From a virus (taxonomy: Duplodnaviria > Caudoviricetes), in IMG/VR virus record IMGVR_UViG_3300035498_000956: a stretch of 64,000 nucleotides of DNA; one strand, 5' to 3'. Position 1 is the stretch's first letter; each line of letters begins with the position of its first letter. Both the position numbers and the translations under genes were made by a program. The notes under the pieces are model-generated. The model saw nothing but the letters and a program-made list of their open reading frames with translations, searched no databases and had not been told where the DNA came from. Positions 38,658 to 48,641 of this stretch are shown one piece after another.

Positions 38658-41140
38658 TGGCTTCAGCTATTGGATATAAACAGACTACTGAAACAGAAAC
38701 AGGTGAACAAGATACTCTATATATAAATGAAGTATGGGGTACTTTACCTGTGTTGATAGGAAATGTTTTAAGAGCAAATGCATGGACACCAATTCCTGAA
38801 AAGAATCGTCAAGGAAAACTTTATCGAACAGTGCGTACAGATGTTTATGAAACTGATTCTGATAATATAGATTATACTTGTACTCAAGAAACAGGCGTTA
38901 GTCTTTTAATGCCTCAGTATGCGCGTAGAGTTGAAGTTGAAGATTTAGATAAAAATTTTTGGGTTATTGGTAATTTATTAGATTCTGTTGTTAATGCATT
39001 ATGGGGCGAAAAGAGTTTAGTAAAGACGGTTGAAGCATTGATTGATGAATTAAATGACGTAAAAAATATGATTGGTGGTACAACAGTTGTAAGTGTTGAT
39101 ATGAGAATTGGAGATAATGATACTAAAAATGTATTTTCAACAATTGATTTACAAAATATGTATGTAGTTTTAAAAACAGATAGTTCATCAAGAGAATTTA
39201 AAGTGCCAATTTCACATTATAGCTCAACTACTAGTTCTAATGCACTGCGAGGTGTTTTTACTTCTTGGTCAGAAGTGTGCGCATATCATCGTGAACATCC
39301 AACAGTTGCTATTTTTGATGCAGATTTCTTTTTTGACTCAAATAATACGCAAATAGATCCTAATAATAAGAAAACAGATGCTAATGGTAATGAAACGGAG
39401 ATCAAGTGTTGTTCTCTTAGACAATATTTAAATTATATTATGACAAATGACATTGGTGTTGCAGATTTACTTGATACAAATAATTATACATTACCAAACA
39501 CTGCATATGTAGTTCTATTTGGTAAAGGGCAATATCAAATAGATAAGGAGAATAATACTTGTTTAAAAATGATTAAATATGACAGTGATGGAAATGAATT
39601 AGCTTGGACAAGATATCGATTTAATAGTAACACTTTATTTTTACAAGTAAATGATTTGTATAATTATGAATTAGTTTCTTTTTCTTTAGGAACAAATAAT
39701 CGTTATTTAGATTTGAGTAACAGCATAAAAAAATCATATTATGATCATCAGCAGAGTAATGTGATTCATGACATTAACACTGAGCCACTTGATACACAAT
39801 ATAAAACAATGTTTTTGCAAAACAATTTTGGTGCATCAAATTATTTAGGAGACTTGTATACCTATAGTGCAGTTCCTAATATTTTTATTAAAGATACTAA
39901 TTCACCTGCATTAACAGATGGGACAGATTCTGAAGTAAAACGAGTAATCCCATTGACATATTTTATACCCGAGTTAAATAACTATACTAATAATGTGACA
40001 AGTGTACAATTATATCAGCCAGATATTACTATTTGCAAATTTGATGTAGATGACTTTACTTATGAACCAAAAACTTTACAGCATATTCAGTTATTAACTG
40101 ATACGACTATTACTAATCCATTATTGGTTAATGAGTATAGTTTATCTGGCGTAAATGGTCAATGTGATTTATTTGCTGGACAAGGATATTTAGAGAATAA
40201 TAAGTGTACGCAAACATTTGCAAATTTGTTTACTAATAGTAGTAATGCTGTAACAGCAAACGATATCTCTCCAAGAATTAATCCTAGTGATTCAACAATC
40301 GTACAAGAAATTGATTCATTGAGAAAATTTTCTTTAGATTATAATAAATTTTATAGTGATGTAGTAAATTATACTCCTACAGCTCCAGCAACTAAATCTC
40401 TGTTTCATGATGCATTATATGGAGAATTATATGGAACAATATTATGGCAATTAATTAATAAATATAATACAACAATCAGAAAATTAACGAATAATCAAAC
40501 ATCAAATCTATTAGAAACTTTAATGGGAAGCATTACTTATTATTATAGAAACATTATTTGTTGCAGTTTTGTTCGTGATAGGGCACGTAGAACGGCAAAA
40601 CCTATTAATTTAGATAAGATGCAATTTAGGGGTACAGTAGGTAGTCACGCTTATCGTAATGCAACACATTATATGATCTTTGGAATTAGGAGACATGATC
40701 AGGTATATGAAACAGACGACTACATTAAAGACAATATAGGAGAACCTAAAAAGAATGAAATTAATGCTTTATTTCCGGGTCGTATAGAATTAATTGATGT
40801 TGGAAAAACAGGATTGACAATTAGCAATTCTTCAGATAATGCTACATTACATACTGTTAAATTATTTCAAATATATCAAGCAAATACAAAAGGTTGTTTT
40901 GATAGTGATTCATATGTAGGATTTAACGGTACTCATTTAAGTAATTATACATATTATCATGGTACGAAAGAACAGGCACTAGGTGGAAGAAAAAATTTTA
41001 TTGGTTATATAATATTATTATGGAGTCAAGATGGAGATAGTATAGAACATACAAATGAAGAAAAAGAAGGACAAACATTATGTCAAATTCGTAATTTCGC
41101 TTTATATGGTTCTACAGCTCCTGGATATGTTATTTATTAA
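38657..41140 (+). CDS. Large hypothetical protein (possibly virion-associated)
   Basis: 827 aa, Asn/Thr-rich, coupled to the holin stop. Confidence 0.6.
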   Translation: MASAIGYKQTTETETGEQDTLYINEVWGTLPVLIGNVLRANAWTPIPEKNRQGKLYRTVRTDVYETDSDNIDYTCTQETGVSLLMPQYARRVEVEDLDKNFWVIGNLLDSVVNALWGEKSLVKTVEALIDELNDVKNMIGGTTVVSVDMRIGDNDTKNVFSTIDLQNMYVVLKTDSSSREFKVPISHYSSTTSSNALRGVFTSWSEVCAYHREHPTVAIFDADFFFDSNNTQIDPNNKKTDANGNETEIKCCSLRQYLNYIMTNDIGVADLLDTNNYTLPNTAYVVLFGKGQYQIDKENNTCLKMIKYDSDGNELAWTRYRFNSNTLFLQVNDLYNYELVSFSLGTNNRYLDLSNSIKKSYYDHQQSNVIHDINTEPLDTQYKTMFLQNNFGASNYLGDLYTYSAVPNIFIKDTNSPALTDGTDSEVKRVIPLTYFIPELNNYTNNVTSVQLYQPDITICKFDVDDFTYEPKTLQHIQLLTDTTITNPLLVNEYSLSGVNGQCDLFAGQGYLENNKCTQTFANLFTNSSNAVTANDISPRINPSDSTIVQEIDSLRKFSLDYNKFYSDVVNYTPTAPATKSLFHDALYGELYGTILWQLINKYNTTIRKLTNNQTSNLLETLMGSITYYYRNIICCSFVRDRARRTAKPINLDKMQFRGTVGSHAYRNATHYMIFGIRRHDQVYETDDYIKDNIGEPKKNEINALFPGRIELIDVGKTGLTISNSSDNATLHTVKLFQIYQANTKGCFDSDSYVGFNGTHLSNYTYYHGTKEQALGGRKNFIGYIILLWSQDGDSIEHTNEEKEGQTLCQIRNFALYGSTAPGYVIY

Positions 41141-41236
41141 TAAATTAAGTCAAGCTTTACCGCTTGACTTTTTTTATAATCTATTCTATAATAATAGAGT
41201 AAGATAAAAACACGACACATTAATGGAGGGATTAAT

Positions 41237-42325
41237 ATGGAGTTAAATCAAAATCAAAAGAAAGCAATCGAAGCCACTGAAAATAAAGTCCTTGTAGTTA
41301 GTTCTGCGGGCAGTGGAAAAACCACCACATTAACAGAAAGAATTAAATTCTTACTTAATCAAGGGGTTAATCCAAATCAAATTGTTGCCATATCTTTTAC
41401 AAATATGTCAGCAGAAGAAATGAGACGTAGGATTCCTAACGCTCCTAAAGAATTATTTATAGGCACACTACATAGTTACGCTAATAAAATTCTTCAATTA
41501 AACGGGGTAGATACTACCGATGCAATAGCAAATCAAAAATTCGATTGGTTAATAAATGAAGGCATTAAAGCTAAAAAGATTCCAACAATTAGACATCTAT
41601 TAATTGATGAATTTCAAGACTTATGTGATAATGAATATTCTTTTGCTTGTCATTTAAATGCTGATAATTTCTACGCTGTAGGTGACCCAAAACAATATAT
41701 CTATGGTTTTAAAGGAGCAAATGACGATTTCATTTTTAATCTATATTATGATAAAGCTTGTACAAAATACTATTTAAGGGAAAACTATCGTTCTTATGGC
41801 AACATCCTATCATTCGCAGAAGAAAAAATTCAATATTTAAAAAGAAAAATTCCTTGTAAGATAATTCCTAAATTACAAGGCACAGGTTACATAGAAAAAT
41901 GTAGCTTTTCTGACGCACTACAAGATCTCTACTATAGTGGAGACTGGAATAACTGGTTTATTCTAGCACGAACTAATGCTGAAATTGAATATGTAATGGG
42001 CGAATTAAGAAAGAAAAGTATTCCTTGCACAACTTTCAAACAAGCAGATATGAACTCATTTGAATTAGACGATTTAATGCAAGAAGATACAGTCAAAGTC
42101 TTAACAGTTCATGCCGCGAAAGGACTTGAAAGAGAAAAAGTAATTGTTGTCGGGGCAAAAATGTATAATGAAGATGAAGAAAGAATTAGTTATGTTGCGG
42201 CGACAAGAGCAAAGAAAGTTCTCTATTGGTGTCCTTCACCTAAAATAGCAAAAAACAAATATAACAAGCACGTTGACAATCGTAAATCAACAAAACTATC
42301 AAATGTAAAAATGATGGAGTGGTAA
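41237..42325 (+). CDS. Compact UvrD/PcrA-like SF1 helicase
   Basis: SAGSGKT, SFTN, GTLHS, IDEFQD, VGDPKQYIYGF, ENYRS, TVHAAKGLE, YVAATRAK. Confidence 0.9.
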   Translation: MELNQNQKKAIEATENKVLVVSSAGSGKTTTLTERIKFLLNQGVNPNQIVAISFTNMSAEEMRRRIPNAPKELFIGTLHSYANKILQLNGVDTTDAIANQKFDWLINEGIKAKKIPTIRHLLIDEFQDLCDNEYSFACHLNADNFYAVGDPKQYIYGFKGANDDFIFNLYYDKACTKYYLRENYRSYGNILSFAEEKIQYLKRKIPCKIIPKLQGTGYIEKCSFSDALQDLYYSGDWNNWFILARTNAEIEYVMGELRKKSIPCTTFKQADMNSFELDDLMQEDTVKVLTVHAAKGLEREKVIVVGAKMYNEDEERISYVAATRAKKVLYWCPSPKIAKNKYNKHVDNRKSTKLSNVKMMEW

Positions 42326-42328
42326 TAT

Positions 42329-42847
42329 ATGGCAATTTATGTAACAAGTGATAATCATTTTTGTGAGAAATGGGAGGAGAGAGGATTCTCCTCCGAGTCT
42401 CAATTGAATGATTACTTAATTGAAAAATGGAATCAAACAGTTCAACCTAATGATGAGGTCTATGCTCTTGGTAATTTTGCTCATGGACAAATTAAATCAA
42501 TAGAAGATGTATTTAAAAGACTTAATGGAAAAATTACAATTTTTTATAATGATACTTGTGAACAGCTTTTACGTCCTATATGGGAAAATATTGGGGCTTA
42601 TAAAGCAATTCACTATTCATATTTTTCAAGTAAACTAAAATTGAATTTTTACTATTATCAAGATAAAATCAAGAGACCTCTAGAAGAGGATTGGTTAATA
42701 TGTTACGGCGGCGAACAAGACAGCAATCCTGTGTGGAGTGATTACGGTTTATCTGTCAACGCAGCTTATTGGGATAATTGCCCAGTAAATATAGATGATG
42801 TAAGAGATATTTGGGAGAGAATGAAGGACTGGCAGGAGGAAAAATAA
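42329..42847 (+). CDS. Degenerate calcineurin-like phosphoesterase
   Basis: TSDNHF and WNQTV.P.DEVY.LG present; GD changed to GN; no GNHD or GHxH. Confidence 0.6.
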   Translation: MAIYVTSDNHFCEKWEERGFSSESQLNDYLIEKWNQTVQPNDEVYALGNFAHGQIKSIEDVFKRLNGKITIFYNDTCEQLLRPIWENIGAYKAIHYSYFSSKLKLNFYYYQDKIKRPLEEDWLICYGGEQDSNPVWSDYGLSVNAAYWDNCPVNIDDVRDIWERMKDWQEEK

Positions 42848-43455
42848 TGATAAAGATTTTTAATATAGAGATTGATGGATGGCAAGCGGCGATAAGAGGA
42901 ATGAGAAATCCTATGAATAGTTGGTCTAAAAGCGATAGTACTTATTCTCCTCTTGAAATAGGTCAAGCGGATTTACAGCTCATGACAAATTTGTCTAAGG
43001 CGGGGACAGAACATGGTAAGTTCATGAGAATGATTAACATTACTTTTGATATTGAAGCACCATTATATTATTGGAAAGAATTTGATACTTATAAAGTTGG
43101 CACAACTCGTAATAGTTGTAGCACTATGCATAAAATTCAATCTAAAGAATTTACTTTAAATGACTTTTCTTGTGAGCATTTAAATGAAGATTCTATTAGA
43201 GGATTGGGTACTATTGTTCAAATTTTAAATAAGTATCGAGGAGATTTTAATAGTACAAAAAATAAAGACGACTGGTGGCAAATGATTCAGCTTTTACCTT
43301 CCAGCTATAATCAAAAAGCAACCATATCAACAAATTATGCTGTATTAAAAAATATATATCATCAAAGAAAAAATCATAAGTTAGACGAGTGGAGAGAATT
43401 TTGCGATTGGATTGAAACGTTACCTTACGCACAAGAACTAATAGTAAACGCTTAA
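42847..43455 (+). CDS. ThyX/Thy1-like protein (phage type)
   Basis: AIRGMRNP, HGKFMRMI, APLYYWKEFDTY, SCSTMH, LLPSSYNQ, QRKNHKLDEW; start at ATG 42847. Confidence 0.65.
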   Translation: MIKIFNIEIDGWQAAIRGMRNPMNSWSKSDSTYSPLEIGQADLQLMTNLSKAGTEHGKFMRMINITFDIEAPLYYWKEFDTYKVGTTRNSCSTMHKIQSKEFTLNDFSCEHLNEDSIRGLGTIVQILNKYRGDFNSTKNKDDWWQMIQLLPSSYNQKATISTNYAVLKNIYHQRKNHKLDEWREFCDWIETLPYAQELIVNA

Positions 43456-43538
43456 AAATCGAGGGCTTTATGCCCTTGATTTTTTCTTTAAAATACGCTA
43501 TAATATAAATGTAATAAAAATTAAGGAGGACAATACTT

Positions 43539-43958
43539 ATGGAAATAGAAAATAAAGATTGGTATAATAAGATGACAGATGATGAATCACAAAAGGTAAT
43601 ATCCGTTATAGCAAGTTACATTAATAAAATGGCAGAAAGCAATAAAAGATTACGTCAACGAATCACTGAAATGCAAGATTCAACGACTTATAAAAAACTT
43701 GAAGAAGAAAATAAAACATTAAGAGAACAGCAGACTCATAGTGTTAATTTCGGTTTAAGTCAAGAGCAAGTTGACTATGGTAAACAATTATTTCAAGAAC
43801 ACGTTGAACAGACACATCCAGATTCTGGCAAGTCTTTAATGACCCCTTATCATTATGAGATTTGTTTAGACGGCGGTGGAATATTCTCTAATGGAAAATA
43901 TGTTGTTTGTGATAAATGTAAACTTAAAATGGAAATTAATAAAGATGAAAGAGAATAG
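43539..43958 (+). CDS. Hypothetical protein
   Basis: 139 aa, RBS AAGGAGG, own promoter. Confidence 0.6.
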   Translation: MEIENKDWYNKMTDDESQKVISVIASYINKMAESNKRLRQRITEMQDSTTYKKLEEENKTLREQQTHSVNFGLSQEQVDYGKQLFQEHVEQTHPDSGKSLMTPYHYEICLDGGGIFSNGKYVVCDKCKLKMEINKDERE

Positions 43959-44156
43959 TTCCTATTGATTTTTAATAGAGGGTATGATATGATTAATTTG
44001 TTAAATGAAATCGGGACAGATGAAATTTGGTTATTGACCTTACAAGGATTGGAAATGTTGACAATTATTTTTTATCACTTGATTAATTAAAAACAGTTGA
44101 TTTTCTTTTTAAATTATGATATAATAATTATAGTGAAATTGAGAAAGGAGTTTAAA

Positions 44157-44249
44157 ATGAAATTTTTATTAGTGTGTGCCGTGTTATTTTTGCTTTATTA
44201 CACTGGTACAGATATATTGTTATCAATATTTTTTGACGATAGAAAGTAA
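44157..44249 (+). CDS. Small membrane peptide (30 aa), not in the ORF track
   Basis: MKFLLVCAVLFLLYYTGTDILLSIFFDDRK*, RBS AAGGAG, promoter at 44097. Confidence 0.5.
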   Translation: MKFLLVCAVLFLLYYTGTDILLSIFFDDRK

Positions 44250-44263
44250 AGGAGAATATTTAT

Positions 44264-44512
44264 ATGGTTAGAACTGTTATTAGTGTACAATTTAAAGACA
44301 AGAATAAAGTATTTAGGGGTAGAAACTATGATTACATACTTAATAGAGAGGAGGAAATTCCTGAAAAGGGAACTATTGTTCGCTTACTGGATGATGATTA
44401 TAATTATGTTGTCCACGGAACTAGATTAAAGATAAATGATATTCAAGAGAAGGATGTAAATGAGGAGGAGTATGTTTCTGTTCGTTACATCAGAGCTTCA
44501 TTAGATGATTAA
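44264..44512 (+). CDS. Hypothetical protein
   Basis: 82 aa, RBS AAGGAG. Confidence 0.6.
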   Translation: MVRTVISVQFKDKNKVFRGRNYDYILNREEEIPEKGTIVRLLDDDYNYVVHGTRLKINDIQEKDVNEEEYVSVRYIRASLDD

Positions 44513-44524
44513 AGGAGAGATAAT

Positions 44525-44812
44525 ATGGCTAAGCGTATTACTGATGAGATGATTGTTCAGATTAATGAAGAGTATAGTCGTGACCCAGTAAAAAGTCATG
44601 TAGCTAAAAAGCTGGGGATTTCCCCAGCGACAGTTACAAAATATCTAAAGGATAATTATCAAGAGATAAAGAATCAAGTTGTAGAAAAAACTAATTTTGA
44701 ACTACCTGACGCGGCGACAATAAAACTAGGTGATGATTGGGGAGCGTTATGTGCTTTATCAGAAGAAGAATGGGCGGAGTTGAAGGAATTGCAAAAGTCT
44801 ATTCTTGTATAG
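44525..44812 (+). CDS. HTH-domain protein
   Basis: KSHVAKKLGISPATVTKYL. Confidence 0.65.
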   Translation: MAKRITDEMIVQINEEYSRDPVKSHVAKKLGISPATVTKYLKDNYQEIKNQVVEKTNFELPDAATIKLGDDWGALCALSEEEWAELKELQKSILV

Positions 44813-44825
44813 AAAGGAGAATTAT

Positions 44826-45110
44826 ATGACTAGTTTTGTAGTACAAAAAGCGTGTGATATGGTTAAATATATGATAAGACCTGATACTGATGATTGGGTT
44901 ATCAAAACTGAGGGGTCATATGGTGTTTTTGCGGCGAGAGTTGTGGGATTGTCGTTTGCACAATATCTACAATATATTAGGGATAATTATAATGGGATAA
45001 TTGTAGGTAATCAAGGCTATAGCTCTATTCAATTTAAGAATAAAGCTGATGCCGAAAGATGTGCTAAATTTCTTAATGAACGCCTATTGATTGTAAAGGA
45101 GAATGTATAA
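44826..45110 (+). CDS. Hypothetical protein
   Basis: Start reassigned to ATG 44826 after AAGGAG. Confidence 0.6.
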   Translation: MTSFVVQKACDMVKYMIRPDTDDWVIKTEGSYGVFAARVVGLSFAQYLQYIRDNYNGIIVGNQGYSSIQFKNKADAERCAKFLNERLLIVKENV

Positions 45111-46099
45111 TGAAAAGATTAATTATATTAGTAGGTCTGCCCGCAAGTGGCAAAAGCACAATAGCAAAAAATTTAGTCATTCAACATGGCGGAGTAGTTG
45201 TAGCTACTGATAAGATTAGAGAAGAGCTATATGGTACTAGAAAAGAACTGGGTGGTAAAGAAATCTTTACTGAAGCAAAAAATCGTATTATTAAAGCTTT
45301 TAAAGATGGGGAGAAAAACGTTTATTTTGATGCAACAAATCTACGTAGTAAGAAACGAGCATCATTTATTAGGTCAATTCAAGAACAGATTGATGAGAAA
45401 ATTTCTGTTGTAGCTCTTTTGATTGCTGTATCAAAAGATACAGTGAGAATCCAAAATGAAAGGAGACCTCAAGAGCATCAAGTTCCAGCTTATGTGATAG
45501 AGAGGATGTTAAGAAATTTTCAAATGCCGATGTATCATGAAGGATTTAGTCACATTATAGTTTTTTATAATGATATTTTTAATTTTATGCATGAGTACAA
45601 TATACATAATCAACATTTCTTTGGGGCAATATTAGATTTAATGGATTTTGACCAAGAAAGTCATTATCACTCATTAACACTAGGCGAACACTTGTACGCA
45701 ACTTGTATAAATCTTAGAGAAATGATGCGTGGAGATGCATTTAGAGACGGGCAAGAGGATAGGTTTCAAACTGTTTCTGAGGCTGGTTTATTGCATGATA
45801 TAGGAAAGCAGTATACGAAGACGTTTTATAATACAAAGGGAGTATTAGATGATACAGCTCATTACTATGGTCATGAAAGTTTTGGGGCGTATGAATCTTT
45901 ATTCTATCCAACTAAAGCTAAGAGTGGTATGAAAGCGATTATTTATAGGGCACAGCTCATAAGCAATCATATGATGCCATATCATTTTAATACTAAATCT
46001 CAAACAGAGCTAAATAAAAAATTGTTAAGGAAATTTAAAGACCAAAATTTCGTTGATGATTTAATGTTGTTACATATGAGTGACGTTAATAGTCACTAA
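45110..46099 (+). CDS. Polynucleotide-kinase-like P-loop domain fused to an HD phosphohydrolase
   Basis: VGLPASGKST, TDKIR, FDATN, NERR (kinase); YHSLTLGEH, LLHDIGK, YYGHE, NHM (HD). Confidence 0.8.
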   Translation: MKRLIILVGLPASGKSTIAKNLVIQHGGVVVATDKIREELYGTRKELGGKEIFTEAKNRIIKAFKDGEKNVYFDATNLRSKKRASFIRSIQEQIDEKISVVALLIAVSKDTVRIQNERRPQEHQVPAYVIERMLRNFQMPMYHEGFSHIIVFYNDIFNFMHEYNIHNQHFFGAILDLMDFDQESHYHSLTLGEHLYATCINLREMMRGDAFRDGQEDRFQTVSEAGLLHDIGKQYTKTFYNTKGVLDDTAHYYGHESFGAYESLFYPTKAKSGMKAIIYRAQLISNHMMPYHFNTKSQTELNKKLLRKFKDQNFVDDLMLLHMSDVNSH

Positions 46100-46207
46100 T
46101 TAAATGGGTACTCTTATTTTTCTAGAGTACCCTAAAAGTGTTGATACTTAATCGTTAGACTAAAACGTAAGACAAATGTCTTATGTAAATAAATTGAGGT
46201 GAATATT

Positions 46208-46753
46208 ATGGCAACAAAAGAAATTATTGATGCTTCTGTACTAGCTAATAGAGAATGTAATTGTAGTACTTCTAGTTCTAGTAGCACTACTTCTACGAAG
46301 CCTGATTGTGTTCCATATCCTCCTCAGGGTTTCTATCCTCCTTATCCTCCTTATCCATATCCTGCATCATATCCAGCAGGCGATGGTCCAGAGGCTATAA
46401 ACCCTTGCAAAAATTCTATCGAAGTTCAAATTGCAAAAATGAGCAAGAAGGCTTCTGTAATCAGAAAGATGTTAAATAATCTACAAAAGAGACGTAAGCC
46501 AATCATCATTTCTATTGGTGGGGTGCAATATAATTTCGGTTGCTATTCTACTATATCTGAGAACGGTGAGGAAGTAAGCGTTGTAGATTCTACTTCTGCT
46601 GATGAAATTAATTATGGTGAGCAAGTAGAAGAAATGCTTGTTTACGAGTTAAAGGCAATTATAGCAAAGATTGAAGAATTATCTGCTGAATTGACTGAAA
46701 GTATTGAAATAGGGGATCTTCCTGAAGGTACTGAGTCAACAGTTACGGCTTAA
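46208..46753 (+). CDS. Hypothetical protein with a Pro/Tyr-rich tract
   Basis: PYPPQGFYPPYPPYPYP; flanked by hairpins at 46106-46132 and 46771-46800. Confidence 0.6.
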   Translation: MATKEIIDASVLANRECNCSTSSSSSTTSTKPDCVPYPPQGFYPPYPPYPYPASYPAGDGPEAINPCKNSIEVQIAKMSKKASVIRKMLNNLQKRRKPIIISIGGVQYNFGCYSTISENGEEVSVVDSTSADEINYGEQVEEMLVYELKAIIAKIEELSAELTESIEIGDLPEGTESTVTA

Positions 46754-46770
46754 TTAGTACAGAACGAAAT

Positions 46771-46800
46771 AAGGAGAGGTATATTTACCTCTCTTTTTCT
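46771..46800 (+). terminator. Intrinsic terminator
   Basis: GAGAGGTA/TACCTCTC stem followed by a T run. Confidence 0.7.
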
Positions 46801-46962
46801 TTTCCTATTGATTTTGTTTAAAGACTATTATATAATTAATATAGAAAATCAAAAGCAAACAGCTAGAAAAAACGTTTAGAACTTAAACGTTAAAACCTAG
46901 TTGAAAAAATCTTTAGATTACGATATAATATTAATAGAAAATCAAGAGAGGAGAAATCGAGT

Positions 46963-47400
46963 ATGAAAGTAACTGTTAAAAAAATTCCAAAGGGTAAACA
47001 ATCTTATAAGCATTGCCTTAAAGAAGAAATTCCTTTTTGGGAAAAGGATAACTTTGAGTGTAATGATAAAGAATATTTTAAAGCATTCAAAAATACCTAT
47101 GGTTTTAGCCCCGCTGAAGTGTGGAGCTTAGACTATACGATTGCACGTTTTGTATTACCTCGCCTTATTTACTTTAGAGATAATCTAAACGGTTGTCCAT
47201 CTTCTTTTATAGAAGACCCACTTAATAGTGAATCTTGCAATGCAGGACATGAGAAATGGGAAGAGGCTTTAAATAAAATGATTAAGGCTTTCTATCTGCT
47301 CGCCAACTATGACTGGTTTGACTATAGACAAAAGGATAGAGAGACTATTAAAGAGGGGCTTGAGTTATTTGCTAAGCACTTTACAAACCTTTGGGATTAA
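46963..47400 (+). CDS. Hypothetical phage protein
   Basis: 145 aa; WSLDYTIA...PRL...GCP...W...LNKMI..F...GLELF...LWD pattern common in phages. Confidence 0.65.
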   Translation: MKVTVKKIPKGKQSYKHCLKEEIPFWEKDNFECNDKEYFKAFKNTYGFSPAEVWSLDYTIARFVLPRLIYFRDNLNGCPSSFIEDPLNSESCNAGHEKWEEALNKMIKAFYLLANYDWFDYRQKDRETIKEGLELFAKHFTNLWD

Positions 47401-47414
47401 TAAGGAGGCACTAT

Positions 47415-47774
47415 ATGTATAAAATTGTTGATACCAATAGTGAAACTGCAGAGACTAAATTCTTTCATAATCTTTATGACGCTTGTTATTTCTTTGCTGA
47501 GCAAACTGTTGATTTTGATGCATATAATGATTTAATTGACGAATGTTATAACACATATGAAATTATGGGGATGGAGTATTCACCATCATATGTGTTTAAA
47601 ACAATTGACCCAATTGCATATGAGTGCAGTTATGATGATTATCTTGACGGCGTAGCAAGTGATTACTATTACGAACTAGGCATGATAGATGCAGAAGAAT
47701 TTCAAAAAGGATATGATTATGTAAGTTGTGGATATACAATTTACGAGATAGAAGGAGGAGCAATAAATGAATAA
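47415..47774 (+). CDS. Hypothetical acidic protein
   Basis: Start at ATG 47415 after AGGAGG. Confidence 0.6.
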   Translation: MYKIVDTNSETAETKFFHNLYDACYFFAEQTVDFDAYNDLIDECYNTYEIMGMEYSPSYVFKTIDPIAYECSYDDYLDGVASDYYYELGMIDAEEFQKGYDYVSCGYTIYEIEGGAINE

Positions 47775-48069
47775 TGTAGATACAATTAAAATTATCAATA
47801 GTATAATGAAGAAAACCTTTACATTTAAGGTAACCCAAGTAGATATTCTAGAAGATGACGGCGAAAAGAAGAAATTAGGGGTTTCTAATTGTGAGTATGA
47901 AAAGACTTCTAGAAAGAAATTTATCAAGGATTTAGTGGATACTTCTACTGATATACCAGTAGAGATTTGCTATGGTGAGCCAGATAGATATCAAATGGGG
48001 CATATCTATTTAAGACGAGATGGTAAATTTGCATATATGCTTGCCCCAAGAATTGATACTGTTGATTAA
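47767..48069 (+). CDS. Hypothetical protein
   Basis: 100 aa, RBS GGAGGAG. Confidence 0.6.
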   Translation: MNNVDTIKIINSIMKKTFTFKVTQVDILEDDGEKKKLGVSNCEYEKTSRKKFIKDLVDTSTDIPVEICYGEPDRYQMGHIYLRRDGKFAYMLAPRIDTVD

Positions 48070-48147
48070 AATTGTAGATTATAATATAATAATTACAGTG
48101 ATTGAGAGAAATATTTAAATGTTTTTAATTGAAAAGGAGAAAATTAT

Positions 48148-48492
48148 ATGAACGCAACAGAAAGAAAGAATTTTGCAAAGGATGTTTTAGTCAAAAACCT
48201 AGACCTAGAAGGTTTTACTCAAATTGGGGATTATGAATATGCGTTTCCTGTTTATATGCCCGATGATACCGTAATGTACGCTCGTTTTGAGGTTAAGGCT
48301 TGTAGTGAAAAAGATGTAAATAGAAAGGATGGCACTGTATTAAAAGCATTTGATATTGATAGTGCTGTAGCTAAATATCAAGAGAAGCTAAATGAAAAGG
48401 CGGAGAAGTTAGCTAAGAAGGCACAAAAATCTAAGAAAACAACTAAGAAGAAAGAAACTGAAGAAACTCCTACTGAGATGGTAGATTTTTAA
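48148..48492 (+). CDS. Hypothetical protein with a Lys-rich tail
   Basis: 114 aa, RBS AAGGAG, own promoter. Confidence 0.6.
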   Translation: MNATERKNFAKDVLVKNLDLEGFTQIGDYEYAFPVYMPDDTVMYARFEVKACSEKDVNRKDGTVLKAFDIDSAVAKYQEKLNEKAEKLAKKAQKSKKTTKKKETEETPTEMVDF

Positions 48493-48641
48493 AGGTATTG
48501 ACTTTTTTCAAATAGTGTGATATAATAGACGTATAGCTTGGAAGTTCCCTCACTTCTAAGAAATAATATAGTATTTATTTGTTAATTAGGACTAGCTTAA
48601 TAGCTAGTCTTAATTATTAAAATTTGTATGGAGGGCTGACA

